Assembly (NCBI GenBank): GCA_963802685.1
Contig: CAWDJG010000007.1
Span: forward strand, 562,550 to 626,549
DNA length: 64,000 nt
Reading direction: 5' to 3'
Source of the DNA: an uncultured Actinomycetes bacterium
Lineage (GTDB): Bacteria; Actinomycetota; Thermoleophilia; Gaiellales; Gaiellaceae
Shown here: piece after piece, positions 36,476 through 46,510 of the stretch
Layout: every line of letters starts with the position of its first letter
Numbering within the stretch: the first letter of the stretch is position 1
The notes under the pieces: generated by a model
Database searches by the model: none
Seen by the model: only the letters and a program-made list of their open reading frames with translations
What the model was told of the DNA's origin: nothing
Program-made: the position numbers and the translations under genes

Positions 36476-37294
36476 ATGCTTGTCCGCATGGAGGTCGCCG
36501 AGGTCGCCGCCCGGGCGGCGGGGGAGAACTTCCCCGTCGGCTCGATCCTCTTCCCGCGCCGGCTGCGCGGCCACGTCCGCGCGCTCTACTGCTACGCCCG
36601 GCTCGTCGACGAGCTCGGGGACGCCTACGACGGCGACCGTCTGGAGGCGCTCGACGAGCTCGAGCACGAGGTCGAGCTCACGTTCACGGGCGAGCCGACG
36701 TGGCCGGTCATGCGCAACGTCCAGCCGACCGTCCACGAGTTCGGCCTCACGCGGGAGCCGTTCCTGCGGCTCATCGAGGCGAATCGGATGGACCAGCGGG
36801 TGTCCGAGTACGAGACGTGGGACGACCTGAAGTGGTACTGCGTCCACTCGGCCGACCCCTGCGGGCGGCTCGTGCTCGGCGTCCTGCGCCGGCTCGACGA
36901 CCCGGAGATCGTCGCTGCGAGCGACTCGGTCTGCACCGGCCTCCAGCTCGTCAACTTCCTCCAGGACGTTCCGCGCGACCTCGAGCTCGGGCGCGTGTAT
37001 CTGCCGGCGGAGGACCGGCGCCGCTTCGGAGACCCGCCCCTCGACCGGCCGAACGACGCGCTCCGCGACCTCCTGCGCTTCGAGGCGGAGCGGGCCGCGT
37101 CGCTGCTCGCCGCCGCCGAGGTCCTGCGCGTCCGGATCGGCGGCAGGCTCGGCCGTGCGGTGGCGCTGTTCGGGCGCGGCGGCCTCGCGGCGCTCGACTC
37201 GCTCGAGTCCGCGGGCTGGGATCTGTTCACGCAACGGCCGCGCCCGTCGCGCGCGCGGCTCGCGCGGGAGGCGGCGCTCACCCTCATCCGATGA
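36476..37294 (+). CDS. hpnC: squalene synthase HpnC (hydroxysqualene synthase)
   Basis: 'GENFPVGSILFP', 'YARLVDELGD', 'QLVNFLQDVPRD'. Position first in the hpn cluster. Confidence 0.85.
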   Translation: MLVRMEVAEVAARAAGENFPVGSILFPRRLRGHVRALYCYARLVDELGDAYDGDRLEALDELEHEVELTFTGEPTWPVMRNVQPTVHEFGLTREPFLRLIEANRMDQRVSEYETWDDLKWYCVHSADPCGRLVLGVLRRLDDPEIVAASDSVCTGLQLVNFLQDVPRDLELGRVYLPAEDRRRFGDPPLDRPNDALRDLLRFEAERAASLLAAAEVLRVRIGGRLGRAVALFGRGGLAALDSLESAGWDLFTQRPRPSRARLAREAALTLIR

Positions 37295-38100
37295 GCACCG
37301 CGGTCGAGCAGGCGTACGCCGAGGTTCAGCGAGTCACTCGCGCGCGCGCGAAGAACTTCGCGTACGGGATCATGGTCCTCCCGCGCGACAAGCGACGCGC
37401 GATCGCGGCGATCTATGCGTACGCGCGCGAGGTGGACGACATCGCCGACGGAGACGCGGGAGTCGACGACAAACGCGGCGCGCTCGACGCGCTGCGCGCG
37501 GCTCTCGACGATCCGCCGGCGACGCCGATGCACGTCGCGCTCGCGGACGCGCGTGCGCGCTTCGGCATTCCCCACGACGCACTGTCGGCGCTCGTCGACG
37601 GCGGCCTGCAGGACCTCGTCAAGGCGCGGTACGCGACCTTCGACGAGCTGCGCGGCTATTGCGAGAAGGTGGCGGGCGCCGTCGGCGTCGCGTGCGTCGC
37701 CGTCTACGGCTCCGACGACGTCGAGCGCGCGCAGACGCTCGGTGTCGCGCTGCAGCTGATCAACATCATGCGCGACGTCGACGAGGATCGCGGCCTCGGC
37801 CGCGTGTACCTCCCGCAGGACGAGCTCGAGCGCTTCGGCGTGACGGAGCTCGCCGTGAGCCCCGAGTGGCGTGAGCTGATGGCGTTCCAGGCCGCGCGGG
37901 CGCGCGCGCACCTCGACGAGGGGCTGCGCCTGCTCGACTCGCTCGACCGCCGCAGTGCGCTCTGCGTCTCGACGTTCGCCGGCCTGTACCGCGGCCAGCT
38001 CGACCGCATGGAGACGAACGGCTTCGACGTGTTCGACTCCTCGTGCCGGCTCTCGACACCGGCAAAGCTCGCCGTCGTCGCGCGCGGGATGTGGCGATGA
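37291..38100 (+). CDS. hpnD: presqualene diphosphate synthase HpnD
   Basis: The ATG overlaps the hpnC stop (ATGA). 'KNFAYGIMVLP', 'YAYAREVDDIADG', 'LQLINIMRDVDED'. Confidence 0.85.
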   Translation: MSTAVEQAYAEVQRVTRARAKNFAYGIMVLPRDKRRAIAAIYAYAREVDDIADGDAGVDDKRGALDALRAALDDPPATPMHVALADARARFGIPHDALSALVDGGLQDLVKARYATFDELRGYCEKVAGAVGVACVAVYGSDDVERAQTLGVALQLINIMRDVDEDRGLGRVYLPQDELERFGVTELAVSPEWRELMAFQAARARAHLDEGLRLLDSLDRRSALCVSTFAGLYRGQLDRMETNGFDVFDSSCRLSTPAKLAVVARGMWR

Positions 38101-39323
38101 AGGCGGCGGTGGTCGGCGGCGGGCTCGCCGGTCTCGCCGCCGCGCTCGAGCTCGTCGACGGCGGTGCGGACGTCACGCTGTACGAGGCGCGGCCGACGCT
38201 CGGCGGCGCCGTGCAGACGCTGCCGGAGCGCGAGGGGGACCCGACGCCGCCGCCGGACAACGGCCAGCACATCGCGCTCGGCTGCTTCACGGAGTACATC
38301 CGCTTCCTCGACCGCATCGGAGAGAGCGGTTCGATCCTGCGCAAGCGACTCGCGCTTCCTGTGCTCGACGAAGCGTCGCACCGCTTCGACATCGCTCCGA
38401 GCCCGGCGGCATTGCTGCGCTACGGGCATCTGTCGCGTCGAGAGCGGTTGCGTCTTCCGCTGACGCTCGTGCGACTGCGCTCGGCGCGGTCGCGTCCGGG
38501 TGAAACCTTCGGAGACGTGCTCAGGCGACTCGGCGAGACCGACACGTCGATCGACCGTTTCTGGGACGTCTTCATCCGGCCGGCGCTCAACCTGCGCACC
38601 GACGAGGTCGATCCCGATGCGGGCCTGTTCACCGTGCGGACCGCGCTGCTCGGGCCGCGCGCGAACTCGGATCTCGTCCTTCCGCTCAAGCCGCTCGGCT
38701 GGATGCACGGCGACGCCGCCGGGCGCGCGCTCGGCGACCGCATCCGGCTCGACGAGCGCGTCGAATCGCTCGACGACGTCGACGCCGATGCGATCGTCGT
38801 CGCGGTCCCGCCGGCCGAGTCGGCGCGCCTGCTCGGCGAGCCCGACCCCGGCCTCGAGAGCTCCCCGATCGTCTCCGTCCATCTCCTCTTCGACCGGCCC
38901 ATACTCAAAGTTCCGCTGGCCGCTTTGCTGGAGTCAGACGCACATTGGGTGTTCGACCGAGGCGCTCTCACCAGCCACCATCCGCAAGATGGTGGCCAGT
39001 ACCTCACCGTCGTCTCGAGCGGCGTCCCGGAGCTGATGGAGATCCGCGGCCGCGATCTCGTCGACCGCATCGCCGGCCAGCTCACCGAGCGCCTCGGTGC
39101 CGCGGAGCTCGTGTGGTCGCGCGTGAGCCGCGAGCCGTACGCGACGATCGCGCTGCGGCCCGGCGTCCGGCGTCCCGGTGTCGAGACCGGCCGCCCAGGC
39201 GTTGCGCGCGCGGGAACCTGGACCGACACGGGCTGGCCGGCGACGATGGAGAGCGCCGTGCGCAGCGGTCGCGCGGCGGCTCAGCACCTCTTGAGCAACG
39301 TTGCTGCAAGAGTCTCGGCATGA
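38097..39323 (+). CDS. hpnE: hydroxysqualene dehydroxylase HpnE (FAD amine-oxidase fold)
   Basis: ATGA overlap with hpnD. 'MKAAVVGGGLAGLAAALEL...YEARPTLGG'. Confidence 0.85.
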   Translation: MKAAVVGGGLAGLAAALELVDGGADVTLYEARPTLGGAVQTLPEREGDPTPPPDNGQHIALGCFTEYIRFLDRIGESGSILRKRLALPVLDEASHRFDIAPSPAALLRYGHLSRRERLRLPLTLVRLRSARSRPGETFGDVLRRLGETDTSIDRFWDVFIRPALNLRTDEVDPDAGLFTVRTALLGPRANSDLVLPLKPLGWMHGDAAGRALGDRIRLDERVESLDDVDADAIVVAVPPAESARLLGEPDPGLESSPIVSVHLLFDRPILKVPLAALLESDAHWVFDRGALTSHHPQDGGQYLTVVSSGVPELMEIRGRDLVDRIAGQLTERLGAAELVWSRVSREPYATIALRPGVRRPGVETGRPGVARAGTWTDTGWPATMESAVRSGRAAAQHLLSNVAARVSA

Positions 39324-41110
39324 GCGCGACCGAAGAGCTCACCGCGATCGACGCCGCGATCGAGCGCGGCACGCGGCGACTGCTCGAGCTGCAGCGCCCC
39401 GACGGAATCTGGGTGGGGGAGCTGGAGTCGAACGTGACGATGACGGCACAGCACCTCTTCTGGAACCACTACCTCGGGCTGCGCACGCCCGAGCTCGATC
39501 GCCGCATCGCGAACGAGCTCATGGCGCGCATGCGCGACGACGGCACGTGGTCGATCTGGTTCGAGGGGCCGGCGGACCTCTCGACGTCGCTCGAGGCCTA
39601 CGTTGCGCTGCGCATGTGCGGCGTCGACCCGGGGCCGAAGGCGCTCGCGTATATCCAGCGGGAGGGCGGCGTCCCCAAGAGCCGCCTGTTCACGAAGTGC
39701 TTCCTCGCGCTGCTCGGCCAGTGGCCGTGGCAGCGGATGGTGCCGATCCCGCCGGAGCTCATCCTCCTGCCGCCGTCGTCGCCGTTCTCCGTCTACAACT
39801 TCGCCTGCTGGGCGCGCCAGACATTCGTCGCGCTGTCGCTCGCGCAGTCGCTGCGGCCCGTGAAGCCGATCGACGTCGACTTACGGATGCTCGGCGCGCG
39901 GCCGGCACGCACCCGGTCCCCGCTCCGGCGCGATCCGCTTCGCCGCACCGCACAGGCGCGCGCAGAGCAGTGGATTCGCGCGCGGCAGGAGGCGGACGGT
40001 TCGTGGGGCGGCATCCAGCCGCCGTGGGTGTGGGGGATCATCGCCCTGCACGCGCTCGGCCACGGCCTCGAGGACGAGACGCTCCGCGCGGCGGTCGACG
40101 GCTGGCAGGGCTTCATGGTCGAGGACGGCGAGCGGCTCCGTCCCGAGGCGTGCCAGTCGCCGGTCTGGGACACGTCGCTCGCGCTGCTCGCGCTGCGCGC
40201 GTGCGGGGTCGCGGACGATCACCCGCAGCTCCGCAAGGCGGGCGAGTACCTCCTCGGGCAGGAGGTGACCGTGACGGGCGACTGGGCGATCCGGCGTCCC
40301 GGCGCCGCACCGGGCGGATGGGCGTTCGAGTACGAGAACGATCTCTACCCGGACGTCGACGACGCCGCCGTCGTGCCGCTCTCGCTGCGCGGTCTCGGCA
40401 TCGGCGAGGAGGACGCGGTGGGCCGGAGCTTCGAGTGGCTGCGGACGATGCAGTCCCGCGGTGGCGGCTGGGGCGCGTTCGACGTCGACAACGACTCGAT
40501 GTGGCTCTACAAGATCCCGTTCTGCGACTTCGGCAAGGTGACCGACGAGCCGAGCGCCGACGTGACCGCGCACGTGCTCGAGGCGATCGGCCGGGAGCCC
40601 GGATACGAGGACGTCGTTCGACGCGGTCTCGACTGGCTGCTCGCGGAGCAGGAGGACGACGGCTCGTGGTTCGGGCGCTGGGGCGTCAATCACCTGTACG
40701 GGACAGGCGCGGCCCTGCCGGCGCTCGAGGCGTGCGGCCTTCCCGCCGACCATCCGGCGATGCGGCGGGCCGTGGCCTGGCTCGACTCCGTGCAGCGGGA
40801 GGACGGCGGGTTCGGCGAGGACGTCGGCTCGTACCACGACCGCTCGCTGCGCGGCCGTGCGTCCTACGCGACGCCGTCGCAGACCGCCTGGGCGCTCCTC
40901 GGATACGTGGCCGCAGGAAACGCTGAGGATGAAGGCGCGCGAAGAGCGGGAGATTATCTTTGCGACGTCCAGCGCCCCGACGGCGACTGGGACGAGCAGC
41001 ACTTCACCGGCACCGGGTTTCCGACAGATTTCATGATCCGCTACCACCTGTACCGCATCACGTTCCCGCTGCTCGCCCTCGGCCGCATGAGAGAGAGGCT
41101 TTCCGCATGA
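39320..41110 (+). CDS. shc: squalene-hopene cyclase
   Basis: ATGA overlap with hpnE. QW-type repeats ('RPDGIWVGE', 'QEADGSWGG', 'QEDDGSWFGRWG', 'QREDGGFGE') and 'DVDDAAVV' (DxDD). Confidence 0.95.
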   Translation: MSATEELTAIDAAIERGTRRLLELQRPDGIWVGELESNVTMTAQHLFWNHYLGLRTPELDRRIANELMARMRDDGTWSIWFEGPADLSTSLEAYVALRMCGVDPGPKALAYIQREGGVPKSRLFTKCFLALLGQWPWQRMVPIPPELILLPPSSPFSVYNFACWARQTFVALSLAQSLRPVKPIDVDLRMLGARPARTRSPLRRDPLRRTAQARAEQWIRARQEADGSWGGIQPPWVWGIIALHALGHGLEDETLRAAVDGWQGFMVEDGERLRPEACQSPVWDTSLALLALRACGVADDHPQLRKAGEYLLGQEVTVTGDWAIRRPGAAPGGWAFEYENDLYPDVDDAAVVPLSLRGLGIGEEDAVGRSFEWLRTMQSRGGGWGAFDVDNDSMWLYKIPFCDFGKVTDEPSADVTAHVLEAIGREPGYEDVVRRGLDWLLAEQEDDGSWFGRWGVNHLYGTGAALPALEACGLPADHPAMRRAVAWLDSVQREDGGFGEDVGSYHDRSLRGRASYATPSQTAWALLGYVAAGNAEDEGARRAGDYLCDVQRPDGDWDEQHFTGTGFPTDFMIRYHLYRITFPLLALGRMRERLSA

Positions 41111-42111
41111 AGTTCCCGCTCCAGTCCACCGTCTCGATCGGCAAGTACGTCGCGGCCCAGCAGCGCAAGGGCGAGCGCTATCCGCTCGTCCTCATGCTCG
41201 AGCCCACGCTCGCGTGCAACATCGCGTGCATCGGCTGCGGGAAGATCCGGGAGTACGAGTCGAACCGCGCGCGGCTGACGGTGGAGGAGTGCGTCGACTC
41301 GGCGGTGCAGTGCCCGGCGCCGGTCGTCTCGATCTGCGGCGGCGAGCCGCTCGTCTACAAGGGCATCGAAGAGGTCGTCGCGCAGGTGCAGCAGCTCGGC
41401 AAGACGATCGAGCTGTGCACGAACGCGCTCCGGCTCGAGCAGTGCCTCGACTGGTTCGAGCCGTCGCCGAAGCTGAGCTTCGTCGTGCACCTCGACGGCA
41501 TGCAGGAGATCCACGACTACGTCTGCGACTATCCCGGCCTCTGGGAGATCGCGGTGGACGCGATCAAGACGGCGCGCGCCCGCGGCTTCCGCGTCACGAC
41601 GAACACGACGATCTTCAAGGAGACCGAGCCCTCCGACGTGATCGAGATGATGCGCTACCTCACCGACGAGGTCGGCATCGACGGGATGCTCGTCGCGCCG
41701 GGCTACCAGTACTCGCAGATCGATCCCGCGCTGACGATGACGCGGGAGGAGCACGAGGTGAAGTTCAAGGCGATCCGCGCGGCCGTCCGCGAGCACGGCT
41801 ACCGGTGGATTGCCACTCCGATCTACCAGGACTTCCTCACCGGCGAGCGCGAGCTCTCGTGCGCGCCGTGGGGGTCGATCACGCGGAACCCGTACGGCTG
41901 GAAGGGTCCGTGCTACCTCCTCACCGACGGCATCTTCCCGACGTACGAGGCGTTGCTCGAGGGGATGGAGTGGGAGGCGTACGGCCCCGGCAACGATCCG
42001 CGCTGCGAGCACTGCGGCATCCACTGCGGCTTCGAGCCCTCGGCTGCGTACGAGGCGTCGAAGAGCCTGAAGGAGACCGTTCGGAGCCTCGCATGGACGC
42101 TGACGGGTTGA
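41107..42111 (+). CDS. hpnH: adenosyl-hopene transferase HpnH (radical SAM)
   Basis: ATGA overlap with shc. 'EPTLACNIACIGCGK' (CxxxCxxC). Confidence 0.9.
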   Translation: MKFPLQSTVSIGKYVAAQQRKGERYPLVLMLEPTLACNIACIGCGKIREYESNRARLTVEECVDSAVQCPAPVVSICGGEPLVYKGIEEVVAQVQQLGKTIELCTNALRLEQCLDWFEPSPKLSFVVHLDGMQEIHDYVCDYPGLWEIAVDAIKTARARGFRVTTNTTIFKETEPSDVIEMMRYLTDEVGIDGMLVAPGYQYSQIDPALTMTREEHEVKFKAIRAAVREHGYRWIATPIYQDFLTGERELSCAPWGSITRNPYGWKGPCYLLTDGIFPTYEALLEGMEWEAYGPGNDPRCEHCGIHCGFEPSAAYEASKSLKETVRSLAWTLTG

Positions 42112-42668
42112 CCTTTGCCGTCGCGACGACGGCGGAAGAACGCATTGCACGACGCATCGGCTTGTCGACCGTCCGCATCGGCGTGCGCGGCGCCGCCGGC
42201 CTTCCGGACGGGCGGCTCGTGTCGTTCGGGCTCGCAGGTGCGCTGCACGACGGGCTCCGCGTCGGCGACGTCCTCGACGCGACGCGTGTCGTCGATCTCG
42301 CCGGCACGACGCTGTGGGAAGGCACCGGGCTCGGTGTCCGCGGCGCCCGCGGCGGCACGGTGCTCGCTTCCGACGTGCTCGTGCACGACGCCGCCGAGCG
42401 GCGCCGGCTGCACGAGGCGAGCGGCGCGGACGCCGTCGACATGGAAAGCGGCATGCTCGCGCGCAGCGGCCGGCTCGCCGGCGTCGTGCGCGCGATCTCG
42501 GACGGCGTCGACAGCGACATCGAGGGCGTCGACTCGACGGTGCATCCCGACGGGCGCACCGACGTCGCCGGCCTGCTCCGCTGGCTCGTGACGAAGCGCG
42601 GTCGCGCGGTCTCGTCCGCGCGCGACGCGATGCGTGCGCTCACGGCGCTCGAGAAGGCGGTCGCCTGA
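42093..42668 (+). CDS. hpnG: hopanoid-associated phosphorylase HpnG (PNP/UDP family)
   Basis: The ATG at 42093 lies in the frame of ORF 41214-42668. 'SFGLAGAL', 'ADAVDMESG'. 192 aa. Confidence 0.75.
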   Translation: MDADGLTFAVATTAEERIARRIGLSTVRIGVRGAAGLPDGRLVSFGLAGALHDGLRVGDVLDATRVVDLAGTTLWEGTGLGVRGARGGTVLASDVLVHDAAERRRLHEASGADAVDMESGMLARSGRLAGVVRAISDGVDSDIEGVDSTVHPDGRTDVAGLLRWLVTKRGRAVSSARDAMRALTALEKAVA

Positions 42669-43597
42669 TGGGTCGCGTCCTCCTCGCCGCGCCGCGCTCG
42701 TTCTGCGCCGGCGTCGACCGGGCGATCGAGATCGTCGAGCGGCTGCTCGAGCAGCACGGCGCTCCCGTGTACGTCCGCCACCAGATCGTCCACAACGAGC
42801 ACGTCGTGCGCCGGCTCGAGAGCCTCGGCGCCGTCTTCGTCGAGCACGAGTCCGAGATCCCCGAAGGCGAGATCTGCGTGCTGTCCGCGCACGGCGTCGC
42901 GCCGTCGGTGAAGGAGAACGCGGAGCGCCGCGGCCTCCACATCGTCGACGCCACGTGCCCACTCGTGAACAAGGTGCATGCGGAGGCGCGCACGTACGCC
43001 GACAGCGGCCATCTCGTCGCGCTCGTCGGCCACGCGAACCACGTCGAGGTGATCGGCACGCTCGGCGAGCGGCCGGAGGCGACCGTCGTCGTCGAGACGC
43101 CCGAGCAGGCGCGCGCGCTCCCGACCGACAAGCCCGTCGCGGTGATCACGCAGACGACGCTGTCGCTCGACGACGTTGCGCCGATCGTCGACGCGCTCGC
43201 CGAGCACGTCGGCGGCTCGCTGCGCCGGCCGCACGCGGACGACATCTGCTACGCGACCCAGAACCGGCAGGACGCCGTCAAGGCGATGGTGCAGGAGGGC
43301 GCGTCGCTCATCTTCGTCATCGGATCCGAGAACAGCTCGAACGCGCAGCGTCTCGTGGAGGTCGCGGAGGCGGCGGGCGCGGAGGCGAAGCTCATCGACG
43401 GCGAGAGCGCCCTCGACGTCGAGCTGCTCGACGGCCACGAGACGGTCGGCCTCACCGCCGGCGCCTCGACGCCGGAAGAGCTCGTGCGTGCGACGGCCGC
43501 CCGGCTCGCGGAGCAGGGCTACGACCTGCCGGAAGAGATCACGGTCGCCCGCGAGGACGTCCACTTCCGCCTCCCGAAGGAGGTGGCACGCGCATGA
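42668..43597 (+). CDS. ispH: 4-hydroxy-3-methylbut-2-enyl diphosphate reductase
   Basis: TGATG overlap with hpnG. 'PRSFCAGVDRAIEIV', 'VRHQIVHN', 'DATCPLV', 'ICYATQNRQ', 'GSENSSN'. Confidence 0.95.
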   Translation: MGRVLLAAPRSFCAGVDRAIEIVERLLEQHGAPVYVRHQIVHNEHVVRRLESLGAVFVEHESEIPEGEICVLSAHGVAPSVKENAERRGLHIVDATCPLVNKVHAEARTYADSGHLVALVGHANHVEVIGTLGERPEATVVVETPEQARALPTDKPVAVITQTTLSLDDVAPIVDALAEHVGGSLRRPHADDICYATQNRQDAVKAMVQEGASLIFVIGSENSSNAQRLVEVAEAAGAEAKLIDGESALDVELLDGHETVGLTAGASTPEELVRATAARLAEQGYDLPEEITVAREDVHFRLPKEVARA

Positions 43598-43980
43598 CCT
43601 CGGTCGAAGTCCCGTATTCGATAGCCGCCGCGCTGCCGACGCTGTCGGTCATGGACATCACGAACGACGTGTCGCAGTCGGTCGCGCGCTCGGGCCGCAC
43701 CGACGGGATCGCGTTCGTCCACCCGCTGCACTCGCTGTCGGTCGTCCGTGTCCAGGAGCGCGAGACGGGGTTCTTCGAGGATCTCGAGGTGCTGCTCGAG
43801 CGGATCGTCCCGAGCAGCCACCGCTCCCGCGAGCGGCTCGTGGCGGCGCTTCTCTCCCCCCGGAGCGAGCAGGTTCCGTTCGCCGGCGGCGTCCTCTGCC
43901 TGGGAACGTTCCAGCGGATCATGCTCTTCTCGCTCGATGCCGAGCATCGAAGCGACTGGTCATTGACCTTGCTGGGCTAG
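43594..43980 (+). CDS. YjbQ/UPF0047-like protein (divergent)
   Basis: ATGA overlap with ispH. 'MDITNDVSQSVARSGRTDGIAFVHP' and 'LCLGTFQRIMLFSLD' follow the YjbQ pattern. The usual 'HTTA' and 'NAxAH' positions are replaced. Confidence 0.6.
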   Translation: MTSVEVPYSIAAALPTLSVMDITNDVSQSVARSGRTDGIAFVHPLHSLSVVRVQERETGFFEDLEVLLERIVPSSHRSRERLVAALLSPRSEQVPFAGGVLCLGTFQRIMLFSLDAEHRSDWSLTLLG

Positions 43981-43997
43981 TGCCGTAGAAGTACCCC

Positions 43998-45557
43998 GTG
44001 CCGGGGCACGAAGAGGCGTGGGCGGATGCTCTCTCGACCGAGCACCTCCATCAGCGTGAGCTGCTCGCGACACTCCGCGACGAGCTCGGCACGTTCGCCC
44101 GCGAATGCGCCTCGGCGCTGACGGCGCTCGACGCGTTCGCCGGGCTCGCCGGCGTCAACGAGGTTCTCTCCACGGCGCAGGCGGGCGCCAAGCACGCGAA
44201 GCTCGCACTCGACGTCGGGCGCCGGCTGCGCGGCGGCGAGGATCCGGAGCTCGTCGACCTGTACTCGAAGGTGGCCGGCGGCGACGACGTGCCGCCGGCG
44301 CTCGTCCGGCACGCGAGCGAGGTGCTCCGCGCGGGGCCGACGCGAACGGATCGGGAGCTGCTCGAGGCCGTGGTCACGGCGTCCGGCGCTGCGGCGGGGA
44401 TCGAGCAGCTCCTCGGGCCGGCTCCGTGGGCCGCGCTCGCGGCGATGAAGCCGCTCGTCAAGTGGGTTCGAGCAGACGACCGCAGGGAGCTGCGCCACTC
44501 GGCGGGAAACGATCTCGCGCAGGTGCTCGCCGCCACAGCGGCGCTCGGTGCGGGAGCGGAGACCGCGGCCGCCGGCGACGCCGCCGCGATCGGGCAGTCG
44601 CTTCGCGACTCGATCGAGCACGTCGAGAACGCGGCGAAGGCGGTGCGCGACGGGAAGCTCGAGGAAGTGCTGCGCGAGGCCCGGGAGAAGCTCCAGCAGG
44701 ACCTCGACGCGCTTCGCGGCATCCACGAGGGCGCGGACGACGCGCCGGAGGAGTGGCGCGCGGCGCGGCGGACCGAGCACGCAGCGCTGACCGAGGAGGT
44801 GCGCGTGAAGCTCGAGAAGATCGAGCGGATCCGCGGCCTCCTCCTCCGGATCCTGCCGAACCTCCAGGCGATCACGCGAGCCCTCAGCGTCGTCCAGAAG
44901 GTGCATGCGCTCGAAGGACGGCTCGATCCGGCGCCCGCGGCCGGCATGGCGGCTGCACAGGCGGCGCTCGCGCTCCACGCGGGCGACGTGTGGGCCGAGA
45001 GCCTGCCGGGCGCCCCGCCCGCACCGCGCGTCCGGCGCGTGTCCACGCGGACGAAGTTGATCGCGGCGGTGACGGCGATCGCCATCGGGGTGGTCGTCGG
45101 GATCGCGCTCGCCGGCGGCTCGAGCCCCAAGCCGAAGCCGATCGTGACCGAGACGAACGCCGCGGCTCCTCCTGCGCCCACGACGACGGCGGCTGCGACG
45201 CCGGCCGTGGCGGCGAAGCCGACGCTCCTGCCGGTCAACGCGGTCTTCGACCCGAATCAGCGGGCGACCTTCTACACCGTGAGCGTCGAGCAGGGCGGCG
45301 AGGCGGTGAGCACGTATCGCTGGTCCCTGACGACGCCGCCCGGGAACCCGACGTGCAACAAGTTCGGGCCACTTCCCGGCAAGCCGAACGAGGCCGTCTG
45401 GCACCACGCGGACACGGACGGCTGCACCCACAACGGCATCCAGCACGACGGCACCGTGCACGTCACCGTCCTCAGCGCCCACTGGTCGTGCTCGGAGTCG
45501 TTCTTCGGGACGCTCACGAAGACCGGCGCGAAGAACGAGCACTGCATACGCAGGTAG
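43998..45557 (+). CDS. hypothetical bitopic protein (519 aa): ~345-aa helical cytoplasmic part, one TM span, ~130-aa Cys/His-containing outer domain
   Basis: GTG start 18 nt after the yjbQ-like stop. TM span 'LIAAVTAIAIGVVVGIALAG'. The C-terminal domain has 4 Cys ('NPTCNKF', 'DGCTHNG', 'WSCSESF', 'EHCIR'). No family recognised. Confidence 0.6.
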   Translation: MPGHEEAWADALSTEHLHQRELLATLRDELGTFARECASALTALDAFAGLAGVNEVLSTAQAGAKHAKLALDVGRRLRGGEDPELVDLYSKVAGGDDVPPALVRHASEVLRAGPTRTDRELLEAVVTASGAAAGIEQLLGPAPWAALAAMKPLVKWVRADDRRELRHSAGNDLAQVLAATAALGAGAETAAAGDAAAIGQSLRDSIEHVENAAKAVRDGKLEEVLREAREKLQQDLDALRGIHEGADDAPEEWRAARRTEHAALTEEVRVKLEKIERIRGLLLRILPNLQAITRALSVVQKVHALEGRLDPAPAAGMAAAQAALALHAGDVWAESLPGAPPAPRVRRVSTRTKLIAAVTAIAIGVVVGIALAGGSSPKPKPIVTETNAAAPPAPTTTAAATPAVAAKPTLLPVNAVFDPNQRATFYTVSVEQGGEAVSTYRWSLTTPPGNPTCNKFGPLPGKPNEAVWHHADTDGCTHNGIQHDGTVHVTVLSAHWSCSESFFGTLTKTGAKNEHCIRR

Positions 45558-45577
45558 CGGGCTGGCAGACTTCGGGA

Positions 45578-46195
45578 ATGGTGTGGGAGCGTCGGCAGCG
45601 TTGGCTTGCGCGGATCGCGCTCGCGCTCCTCGCACTCGTCGCGGAGCTCGGCGGCCGTAGCCTCGCGCACCGGCTCGACGTCGGCCGCCATGTCGGCCGC
45701 GTCTCGTACGCGCACGCCGACTACTACCCGTTCCTCCTCGCCGTCGTGAAGGTCGGCCTCGCGCTCATGCTGGCGCGGCTCGTATGGCGTTTCGCCAAGG
45801 CGCGTCGCGTCGCATCGCTCGTCGGCGGGTCGCCGCGCGTTCGCGTCGAGCTGTCGGCGCGACTGTGGCTCGTGTCGTTCGCGGCGACTTCCGTCATCTA
45901 TCTCGTCCAGATGGACGCCGAGCGCGCCGGCTCCGGCCGCTGGCCGCTCTTCGCGCCGTGGCTCCACTCGTCGGCACTGCCCGTGTTCGCGGTGCTGTCC
46001 GTCCTCGTCGCGCTCCTCTACCGCAGCGTCGAGCTGTGGCTCCGCGACTACGAGGACCTCGCGGCACATGCCGCTGCCTGCCTGCGCCGGCTCCGGCCCG
46101 AGCGCGTCGTGATCGTCGCTCTCCACCTCGTTGCCGCGCCGCGGCAGCGCTTCGGCCTCGCGTTCGAGTCGCGGCCGCCTCCGCTCGCCGCCTGA
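45578..46195 (+). CDS. hypothetical four-TM membrane protein
   Basis: ATG at 45578 in the frame of ORF 44105-46195. Hydrophobic spans 'IALALLALVAEL', 'FLLAVVKVGLALMLA', 'LWLVSFAATSVIYLV', 'LPVFAVLSVLVALL'. Confidence 0.55.
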   Translation: MVWERRQRWLARIALALLALVAELGGRSLAHRLDVGRHVGRVSYAHADYYPFLLAVVKVGLALMLARLVWRFAKARRVASLVGGSPRVRVELSARLWLVSFAATSVIYLVQMDAERAGSGRWPLFAPWLHSSALPVFAVLSVLVALLYRSVELWLRDYEDLAAHAAACLRRLRPERVVIVALHLVAAPRQRFGLAFESRPPPLAA

Positions 46196-46225
46196 CGGCG
46201 CCGTTTTCGAGCGAAGGAGGGAAGG

Positions 46226-46510
46226 ATGAGCGCGGACTATGCGCGCGGGCTGGAGGCCCCAAGGGCCGACGAGACGACGAGGCAGACGGCGCGTGTGCGC
46301 GCCGTGCTCGCCATCGGACCGCTGACGGCGGCGGCCGGGGTCGCGTGGGCGATCGTGCAGCCGTGGCGGCTGACGCTGCTGCACCCGCACGCCCAGGGCT
46401 TCTGGTGGCTCGTCGCCGAGCCGCCGCTGTACGTCGTCGCCGTCGGGCTGCTCTTCCGCTTCGTCGTCGCGCGGGGGCTCGTCGAGGACATGGAGAAGGA
46501 CGAGGAATGA
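46226..46510 (+). CDS. small two-TM membrane protein (94 aa)
   Basis: Strong RBS GAAGGAGGGAAGG directly upstream of the ATG. Confidence 0.6.
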   Translation: MSADYARGLEAPRADETTRQTARVRAVLAIGPLTAAAGVAWAIVQPWRLTLLHPHAQGFWWLVAEPPLYVVAVGLLFRFVVARGLVEDMEKDEE

